Assembly: GCA_012295275.1 (NCBI GenBank)
Contig: CM022665.1
Location: 10,788,001 to 10,852,000, forward strand
DNA from: Chrysomallon squamiferum
Taxonomy: Eukaryota > Animalia > Mollusca
Direction of reading: 5' to 3'
Length of the DNA stretch: 64,000 bases
Position numbers and translations under genes: made by a program. The notes beneath the pieces were generated by a model, which saw nothing but the letters and a program-made list of their open reading frames with translations, searched no databases and was not told the DNA's origin. This document shows, one piece after another, positions 54,116-64,000 of the stretch (the first letter of the stretch is position 1; each line of letters starts with the position of its first letter).

Positions 54116-55399
54116 TGTTCTTGTGTTTATTGTTACAACAGTATTATAAGGCACTTCAAGATGTATCAACTTTTGCAAGTTTCAAACTTAATATACTCAT
54201 GACATTGTATATAACAAGAGGACAAACTTCATTAAAATAGCTTAACTTCCTTTAACAAATACTAGTACAGTTATAGGCATGCATTAAAATTCTTTTCCTT
54301 CCTTTTGGTAAGTTAAATAGTTTCTTATCAAAATTATGAATAAAAATTAATAAATCTTATTAGCAACATATTGTAAATATGTGACAAATTTCATTTCTGC
54401 AAAGCAGCGAAAGGTCACCAGGTATTTGTGATGAATAATCACTTTCCTCGAAAGGAGTTACCTCATTCAAGCTTCTGTTTTGTCATTATTTTTATATATT
54501 TTCCATAACAACAAATGTCATGACATAGTATATAGATTGATCTTCATATTCATTTCTTGTCATGTGATCTTTGATAAACTGCAGAGAATCAACAGACAAG
54601 TTTGCAAATTCTAAAGGACCATCACTTTGATAACACTAAGCTTTTTTCTTTCATAGACTACCAAATTTCATCTAAATACTTGAGGTAACAAGTACTAAAT
54701 TTGGAGTAGCTGGATGTATGGTGTTCTCAGCAAACAATGCAGCCACAGTAATTGCTGTAGCTGCAGAAGTCTTGTAAGTTAAATGTTTCAGTTATTTAAT
54801 ATATGATTAAGTAATTAACAGGCCTAATTGTAGTTTAATGCAGCTTTAGTAAAATGTTCTTTTTGATTAATGAAGAAAGTTCTCAGCAAGTTAGCATTCA
54901 AGCTTAGAGTCATGATCTCATACTAATAACCTGATTAGAAATATATATATACATATATATATATATATTTTTTTTTTTAACAGTTTCAATTTCCTAATTA
55001 AAATTCATTAACATTAGCAACATGCCTAATACAGTATAGCTCTAGAACTCCTCAAAAGCTTCATTTTGATACATAAAGCACATGCATTGGTTTGAAAACA
55101 TAAGATTTATTCAGTGCTTGTCTTGCCAAAAATGCAAGCAAATTTTATGCAAACAAAAATTCATAACTTCTTTCATAAAATGCTATCAAACTGATGGTGT
55201 TATTTTAACCAGTTTTTCTTTATCATCTTCTTCTTTTATTTACTTTCTTATGATTAATAATTTTATAGGCAAATAATTTTTTTGAAAAGTTTGTTAAATA
55301 ATTACTTTTAATGGGTAGTACATTCTTTATTTTTATTTTAATTATAAGTTGTACAAGTTTTTTACCTCTTATAATTAACAATGTAACAAAAAATATATA

Positions 55400-55900
55400 A
55401 GAATAAAATGTAACTATCGCAATTCTAAATTAGTGCAACAAGGAAATATATCATCGCAGTATATGATTCTGTGATTACGTTTAATACTGACACTAATATT
55501 ATTCATTTATTGATTGTGAATGTGATATAATCATATATATATAATATAAAGACTCATAATACTGATATTCATATCGTAATCATACGATAATGATAGTTGA
55601 AGTAGTACGAGCAGCGAACCAAAGGATAATACGGCCAAAACCACTAAACGTTTGGTAAAAGGTAATCTCTATCTATGTCTTCATAAGAGTGATAATAAAT
55701 AAATAAAGCACGACACACTGCATCCAATTACCCTGTTTCGTCTACTTGCTGCAGCCGAATTATTAGTAGCTGACGAATCCGACATTTTGATTGTTTTGGT
55801 TTTAGTTTTGTGTTATGAAAAGATAACTCTAAACTAAAGTTTTTAACATAAAAAATATGCATCATGCTATCAGTATTAGTCATGCTCATGTGATTCGTTA
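55400..55900 (-). promoter_or_regulatory. CpG-retaining promoter/first-exon region of TOLLIP
   Basis: Local cluster of CG dinucleotides inside an otherwise CG-poor block, centred on exon 1. Confidence 0.6.
55732..55785 (-). CDS. TOLLIP: TOLLIP exon 1
   Basis: CAAAATGT start context; MSDSSATNNSAAASRRNR|GTAATT; 54 nt, phase 0, located in the CpG cluster. Total CDS 885 nt, 294 aa. Confidence 0.8.
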
Positions 55901-58900
55901 TACTCAGATACTGGATCATTATATTGTTGAATATTAATCAATGTGTGTGTGTGTGTGTGTTTAAATTTTATTATTTAAATGTTATATTAAAATAATAGTA
56001 AAGCAATATATCACAATTACTACTTACTCAGTTACTGAATGATGCATTAATTTTGTAAATTATTTATATTACACTTTACAGTATAGGTTTTAATACTATT
56101 TTAATTTCTGACAATCATGTGTACCCATTTTTTAAGCATATCATTAGCTTATGTACATATAAATTATTATTTTATTTCTTTACTTCATAAAATATATACA
56201 ATTTTAATTTGTATGCAAGTAGTTATTAATTTCATACTAAATGCATTAAAGAAAGAACTATTGGTGTGAATGTGGACCGTTTCACTTTTCAACAATTGTA
56301 TATACATCAAAATCTTTCCTCTTTGTGGGAAGATGCATAACAAAAGAACCCTTGGTGCTAAATAACAAGACTTATGCAAGTAACCTACAGAGTGAAACAG
56401 TGGGTTTCTTTTTTCACATCATCGTATTTGAAAGTAACTAATAAAATGCACTTAAGAGATGTTAAACAAGTATTCATTCATTATATATATTTAAGCTGAT
56501 CTGGTTTAATTTGTAATTTTTTATTATTTTTTTTTTTTAATGAATTGTATTTCAGTGGAAAAGTATTTTCTGACTTTTCTTTAGAGAAATACTTGTGGGG
56601 TTTTAGGTGTGTTTTTATTTTGTTTTGTTCTAATTTTAATTTTATTAACTGGCATTACAATCTGCCCTTGCTTTTTCACATTTCTTAAGAATGAAAAAAC
56701 AACAAATAAACTTCACTAAGAAGCACTTTTATTATATTTTCTGTTTGCAAAAATAAACTCAATATGTATATGGTATTGAATAATATTCTGTAGTCATCTT
56801 GGTAAGATTACAAGATACAGCTTACAACAGTATTTATTAACAAGCAATAACAAAGAGACAATCTAAAAATGATTCCAAAATGAGACTAGCATCAGTTTTA
56901 AAGCCAATTCTTACATCAAATTTTGTCCAACTTCATCTTCATCCATATTACTTACTAGATGATTTACATTTTTGATAAATATATAAGTAGATACATACAC
57001 AAATTTATAATAAATAAACACATAAATAAATAAAATAAAATTACTTTCTATTACAGTATTTTTATATTTTTTTAAATGTTAAGAAAGAAATAATTATATC
57101 TGAATTTTGCAACAATAATAAAATCTGGGAAATAGTTGCAAAATGCATTATTCAGTCAGTTTAATGATTTTATTTTTTTTCTGCAGTCATATCATACAAA
57201 AATGATTGATACATAACTGGTTCTGTTTTATTCATACTTCAGTAATAGAAACTGTTGAGCTCAGACCAAATTAGGACAGACTTACAGCTTAGAAAAAAAA
57301 GGATTGTTACATTATTACACTAAATTTTATTAAGGAACTACAAATTATTTAATTACAAAATAAATAATATGTACTGTATTTTCATAACATCTGCAGCAGT
57401 CTGAAACACTCTCAGCCCAAATTTATGTTTTTAGTATATTTTCGAGAACAGCACTATTAAAAAAACCCCATTAAAAAACTTCATGGTCAAATGTATTCCA
57501 AATATACCTTACACAAAATACACTCAACTGTTTTGTGTAAGGTAATTAAATTATTTAACCATATCTGAACATTAATTACTAAATATTTTATTGAGATATC
57601 CTGTTTTCAGTGTTTTTTCTTCCAACCAATTTAAATGGAAAAGCATTTATACACAACTAACATTAAACTATAATAGAAATAAATAAAAGCCAAACAAAAA
57701 AAATAATTGCACTTACAAGTAACATGAAAGACTGATAACATTAACAAAACAAAAATGCACATACAAATGTACTGACCTCAGAAAATGTGAACTATTAGCT
57801 TATGTACATAAACTAAATAAATACAGGAAATGTTAATTATAATCCATTTGTAAAATAAATATACACAAGTAATTTCATTTTTAATTTGTTTGATGGAAAA
57901 ATGTTTGGTCCTGCTTTAGAAATCACAGATTATGACAGTTTTGATGATAACTTTGGGCTTAGGGGCAATATGTTTAATGCTAATATATTGAGTTAATTTT
58001 TAAACAACAGAAATAAAAAAAAAACAATTATAAAAAATGCATCAAAAATCAATTTCATTTCTTTAAATTTTGCATTGCTTTTTAAATTTGTTTTGTAAAT
58101 ATATTTTGGCAGCAGCCTTGGATTAAAACATAATGAAATACATATATCTTAATTTATCAAAGTAGTATTATGTTTTGAAGGTCATGTTCATGTGTATATA
58201 AATATATACATATACACCAGTACAAAGATTTGTTTTGTAAAATAGACAGACTTGGTACAGTATTAAAGGCATCATGACAATAACACATGCATACTACACA
58301 CATTCATACATACATACATATACATGTATAAACGTATAAATATATGAGTTAAGGTAACACTGAATTATATATATATATAGTTTTGTACAAAGAAAAGGGG
58401 TGCATTAAAATAGTAACAAATTATAAATAAATAAATAATGAAACTGATAGGAAGCTTCAGTTAAAGGCATTTTACAAACAGATTTAAGCAGTGAATTTCA
58501 AACCACATTTATTATGTCATTTAAACCTTTTTAAAAAGGAGTATAGGATATTTTGTTTTTTCTTGTTTAATATTTATTTATCTGTTCATGACAGCTTTCT
58601 TTTATTCAGATGAAATAAATTGATTTCCAGTTAAGTTTTGACTTCTTCATTCTCCATCACACAAAATTCTTTTAACATCTGGTTCTAGTTGTACAAAGAT
58701 TGGAAAATTGTAAAGCAAAATGGTTTTATATTTGGCAGTCTTGTAGTATAGATAAATCTTAGCCTTATCAGCAAAGGTTTTACTGAATATTTTATATAAA
58801 TTATTGTTCTGCTGCCTGTGCAAATCTTTTTAAAAATCATATAAAGATCTCTGTGCCTGTCAAATGAACCAGTTTTTCCTTCTCATCAATAAAGTAGCTG

Positions 58901-59490
58901 TCCACATGTAAATTTTAAATGAAATGAGGCCAGAGAAGCATATGTATTGTAATATTTTAATTTTGAGGGAGGGGATTGTTTTTGTTTGTATTTCTTTTTT
59001 CCTCTGGCTTATATTTTTTATTCCAATTTTATGGTTGTAATCGAATCACAGTGATATTTCTTTAATGTTTTAGTTTTTTAAAATCAAGAAACATTTTGAA
59101 TGAAGACTGGTGAATGAATCACAAACTGGTAAGATAACTAGGAAAAGGAAAAACTTTTTGATTTGACAAGCGAAAAGGATATCAGAATATTTTGTATAAC
59201 CTTTTCATACCTAAAACAGTATATTCATCTGATAGGACTGTACCTAAACTGCAAGACTGCCCTAGAATTACTGAAATAATAGTCACTAGAAGGATAATGT
59301 TTTCTTCCTTATAATAGCTACATCTATTTGATTATGTAAAAAAACATTTAAATACCACTTCATTACCATTATAAAATAAAGTTCAGTTTCTGAATTATGT
59401 TTGTTTTGTCTTGCAGCTATCTTAAAGCATACAAATTATGAAATTCAATCCACTTTAATTTCACTGCAGAAGTTCAGAAAAAAAATAATT

Positions 59491-60610
59491 TTAGTTAGAT
59501 TTCTCAGAAATTTTTTCTTCTAGCAAATGTATGCCACAATCCTGCACTTTGATGAAGACCTTGCCCTCCAAGTTCCCGTGAATCAGATAGGGTGAATCTT
59601 CTTGTGTCAGCTTCGATATGTCAATGACATTCTCAACAAACAGTTCCAGATTATCTTTACAAATCACTGTTTCCTTATTGTAAGTACAAGCAACGTATTT
59701 GACTTTATTCTTCATGCCATAAAGGACCATTGTTAATTGGACTTTAAATGGAGGCTGGTCTGGCTGGACACGCTTGAGTAGACGCAGACTGGTGCTGTCA
59801 CTCTGTCTTCCCAGATATGTCCCATACAAGGTGATGGTTGTGAAATATCCTTTGGGATAAAACACAAACTGCAAAGGAATTATCTGTTGGGTTGTTCTTT
59901 TGTGAGATGTTGGCATAAACTGTACAGGTATGTCACAATCAATAGAAATTCTACTTTCAATTTTGTTGACCGAGTTGTATTTGTCCAGTTTGAAGCTGTA
60001 GCAGAGGCCATAGTCCTTGCTGAAGTAGTTTCGATACAACTCTTCTTTGCTACTGGCTGTTCCAGAATCAATAGCAAGAGAATGATGTTTGTAGCCAAGG
60101 TTAAGCTTCTCTGCAAATATATCATGATGTTCAGAGAAGAAAGGTGAAGATTCCAAATGAAGAAGATCCTTGGGAAGAATCATAGTGAAGCGTATCAGAG
60201 GCACAATGCTCTCAAGATTTTCTGTGATGGACTCCTTGTTCAGTTCTGAGGATAACCATGCTTCCACTCGGTTCCAGAGATGAATTTCATTTTCAACAAT
60301 GAGTTCTGAGCTGCTCAGAAACTCAACAAGTTCAGCCCTCGTCATCTCAAGCCAGTCTTGAGCTTGGAGAATGATGTCAAAATTTGACAGTATGAACTTC
60401 AGACACTCTTCCTGCAACTCATTTTGTCTTGTCATCTTGGCATACTGGTACCAGGTTAATGTCCGGTTAGTGTCTGGAGACTCAACAATGTGTCTCAGCA
60501 TGTAGGCAATACAGGACTGTCGGAGAACTTTGATTCCATATTTGTCTGCCAGAAGTAAAACTGGCAGAACTATGTCAGTTGTCATCTGAATAGAGCCACA
60601 ATAGAGATAC
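59491..60610 (-). CDS. BTB/POZ-BACK protein (BTBD17-like), last exon
   Basis: TTGCAG|(R)YLYCGSIQM...VLPVLLLADKYGIKVLRQSC (end of BTB); WYQYAK...CLKFILSNF...LSSSELIVENEIHLW...W...IRF (BACK); C-terminal beta-rich region with YPKG and SPYL. No Kelch repeats. Confidence 0.9.
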
Positions 60611-60956
60611 CTGCAATTCAAAATATATGTAAATGAAATAATTAATTCTTAGTGACAGAGTCTATGAAGAAATCTATTAATGTCTTTGGTAACTGTTACT
60701 GAATGATAAGTAAGGGATGTTTCATAAAAAAAAAAAACTTTTAAATTCCTTCATTTCAGTAAAATATGAAATAACAGAAAAAAATTAGATGAATAAGCTA
60801 AACAATATTATAAAACATAAAATAAAGAAAAAGATACATTAAAGTATTTCCCCCAAAAATGTATAATGCTACTGTTTTTTATCATTTGAAAAAACAAAGA
60901 GGAATGAAAATGGAGACATTATTTAACATTAATTAGCATGTATAATCTGTGATTAC

Positions 60957-61055
60957 CTCAAAAACAGGTCAAAGACAGGAATACATTCTTCCTCTTCTGT
61001 AAGAGAAATTTCAGTTTCCTCCGATTCCTTCCAGCTTTTTTGTCCTAGCATAGCT
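60957..61055 (-). CDS. BTB-BACK protein, middle exon
   Basis: TTACAG|(E)AMLGQKSWKESEETEISLTEEEECIPVFDLFL(R)|GTAATC; 99 nt, phase 2 to phase 2. Confidence 0.92.
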
Positions 61056-61500
61056 CTGTAAATACATACCAATAGTTAAATAAAATGAAATATAATTTTA
61101 AAAGTTATAATGAAATAAAAATTAGGATCAGAGGAATACCCCAAAGGGGCAGATCAAGATATTTTTGCAGAAAGAGCAATCCTGGACGCTGGAAATTTGC
61201 ACAGAAAGTACAAAACGAAATGACCAGTAAAGCCTGGATGAGTGGTGCAGTAAGAGATATTTCTATAGGATAACAGAAGTGATATCTGAGAAACTATGTG
61301 AAAGAACAAAAGGTAACTAAAACTGATATCAATACCATAGTGAGACGCATGAAAGTAAATCAAAGATGAATTCAAAAGTATATTATAAACAACAAATCAA
61401 CATGATAATAGCATATATATAATGATGTAATAATATTTATGTATATATAGAACAAAATGATGATACTGTTTAGATTAAATGAACAGCAAATATGACTTAC

Positions 61501-61756
61501 TCAAAGACTTCACTTGATGTGATGAGAACAAACTTGTGAACAGCATATCGGCAACCTCCAACTCTCAACATCAAATCAGCAAACTTTTTGTCATTATACA
61601 GACTAACAAATCGGTCAATGAACTCCTTTTCATCATTTAGTAGTTCTGAGGTTGGGTTTTGCATTTTACCCTTGTGTAAACGTTTGGACCTAACTGACTG
61701 AACCTTACACTGACTCTGCATTTCAAATTGCTTTCTCAAGCAGTGGAACACATTTC
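61501..61756 (-). CDS. BTB-BACK protein, exon with the BTB N-terminus
   Basis: Poly-T GCCATAG| acceptor; open throughout; LYNDKKFADLMLRVGGCRYAVHKFVLITSSEVF|GTAAGT. In-frame ATGs at 61721 and 61664 are alternative starts. Confidence 0.88.
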
Positions 61757-62965
61757 CTATGGCAAAAAAAAAAAAAAGAAGGACCATTTTGAACATGTCA
61801 GTGTTAATATGGCATGAAACAGAAAGATCATTTAAACTCATAAAGTTAAGCATTGAATAAAATATAGATAGTTTTCAGGGTTGTTTACAACATGTAGCTA
61901 TTTAATTACTCACATAATTATAGGAAATCATATATTTTGAATACATTACTATCAGTTTTTAAAAAGGCTTTATTTAGTTTTCCATTTTATTTCAGAGCAA
62001 ATTAATGTAGTGCTCAATATCACAAATTCTGATAATATATTTATATTTTTACACTGATGACTGAATGCATTATCATCCATTCCCAAAATATGACTAAGTA
62101 AAAGATACAATTGTACCATGTAGTTTATTAAAACAAAATAATTTAAAAAAAAAAAAAAAAAAAAAAATCAAATTTAAGTTTTAAATAAGAATGTACATAA
62201 TTTGCATGTAAACATTTCATACAATATTTTTTTTTTTTTTAAATCAAAGTAATAATATATTAAATAACAAATAAAAATCAATATCTTGTGTGCCTAAAGC
62301 ACAAACCTCACATCCAAAAATTGCAATTTAGAACATCCAGTGTTTACACAAAATGTGATAGAATATTGTACAGTAAGTATGTGACATAGAATAACCACAC
62401 CTAACAAATAACCTGAATTGTTTTTAACAGTGCTTTAAGACTAAGAGAAGTTGAAAAAAATGGATGTATGTCTGTCAAAAATTCATTGTCATCTTTCTTC
62501 CATATATAAGCATACATATGTGTACTTACAAAAATAAAGCATAAACAACAGACACTTAATTTAAAGCAATCAAACTGTTAAAGTATTTTCATTAAGAAAT
62601 ATGTTTTTAAAATTAAGGTTTTCTTTATTTCCACATATTTATAAAACAAAATCTTGACATTAATATACATATGCATAAAAACCTCATTTAAGTAATAAAT
62701 TAAAAAAGTAATTTATGAAATATTAATTAACTATATATATATATTATCTTGGAGAAAATGTAATTTATCATTTACTTAAAAGAAAGTGTTAATAACAAGT
62801 TTTAAGATCTAGTATTTTTACTACATGGTAAGGCATTTATAAAATCAAATATTTACAGGTTATTTATATACACCTGCAACAATGCACTTTGAAACTTGTA
62901 ATGAAATTAATGCTAGTTTGCTTTTTGTTTTCTGTTCAGTATGAACACATTCCTGGAAATCTCAC

Positions 62966-63021
62966 CCATTCATGTGTATTTTAACATGTTGAATCTTGAC
63001 ACCAGTTTTATTGTCAGTCAC
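62966..63021 (-). other. Candidate 56-nt upstream exon of the BTB-BACK gene (5' UTR, last 4 nt ATG-G possibly coding)
   Basis: TTTCAG|GTGACTG...CACATGAATGG|GTGAGA; splicing to 61756 gives in-frame ATG GGA AAT GTG TTC CAC TGC. Confidence 0.5.
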
Positions 63022-63716
63022 CTGAAATTAAGATTTAAATAAACTGATAATACCTATACATTATTATACCAAATTTATGAAGCCTGTTTTGCTTGTCTGC
63101 ATGTTACTATATGCATTACAATGCTTAAACACATATTTAGCTTTAAGAAAAACAAGACTTCATAATTTGGCTCATATTATATGCAAATGGATAAAAGCTT
63201 GTAATTAACTTTCTTTTAAAGAAATCTGCCAGTGTTGGTATCTGTATTAACTTGGATTTATCACATTAAATCATGAATGAAATTCATTAAGCTTTGATTC
63301 ATGCAGACATTTTGTGTCATTCTTCCAACTAACTGATGTGCTGTTTTTGTGTGAATGTATGTGTGTGAATATACAGTATTAATGCACGTACACATATATA
63401 TGAATTAACACCAATATTATAACAATTAAGAAAAACAAAAATAAAATAAAAATATTCATATATATTCACATTAATGAGCATTAATGTTTAAATAGCTAGT
63501 AATGACAATTTGTTAATTATTAAGATTAATATATTAATAAAACAAGACCAATATTATGAATATATTTATTAAGCATTAAGTTACACAGACTGCAGCACAT
63601 CACTGCATGTGTATCTATATATTCTATTCATGTTAAGTGGGGTTATTTACAGAATAGAAAATAATAAATAACAGTTGCATGCATTATTCATAAAATGTTC
63701 CATTTGTTTTAACAAT

Positions 63717-63756
<40 letters not shown>

Positions 63757-64000
63757 AACTTATAAATATGTCCATATTTCTGATATTTCTATATTTGGCT
63801 TGGATATTCCTTTAATTTAATTTTTAAAAACAGTTTTAAATGCAAAACCGAAGTAATAAAGTTATAAACAGTTTGTTAGTATTAATAATTAAATTCGTTA
63901 AGATATTTTAATATGGTTTTACTTTAATTTTAGATAATAAGATAGTGTCTAAAAGGAGATTGTTGTTTCATGTTTTAATAAATTAAATTAAATGTATATT

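Noticed and set aside
59880-61375. Small ORFs overlapping or inside the BTB gene
   Set aside because: Alternative-frame, antisense or intronic; the three-exon model is already phase-consistent.

Overview
AT-rich eukaryotic (invertebrate, probably molluscan) genomic DNA with GT-AG introns; there are no prokaryotic features. Four genes can be spliced by hand with consistent intron phases. (1) SOBP (sine oculis-binding protein homolog, + strand): exons 19978-20194 and 30332-32319, first exon uncertain. (2) SAP18 (+): 3 exons, 155 aa. (3) TOLLIP (-): 7 exons, 294 aa. (4) A BTB-BACK, BTBD17-like gene (-): 3 clear exons plus a candidate upstream exon that would give an MGNVFHC N-terminus. A possible signal-peptide exon of a fifth gene (-) runs off the left edge. 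The left ~44 kb is microsatellite-rich and keeps its CpGs. It holds a decayed FLYWCH/Mutator-like transposase, SINE remnants, minisatellites and several enhancer-like islands. The right ~20 kb is CpG-depleted except at the SAP18 and TOLLIP 5' ends, consistent with mosaic gene-body methylation. Most ORFs in the supplied track are microsatellite artefacts. I found no convincing new biological system; the findings are testable hypotheses of modest interest.
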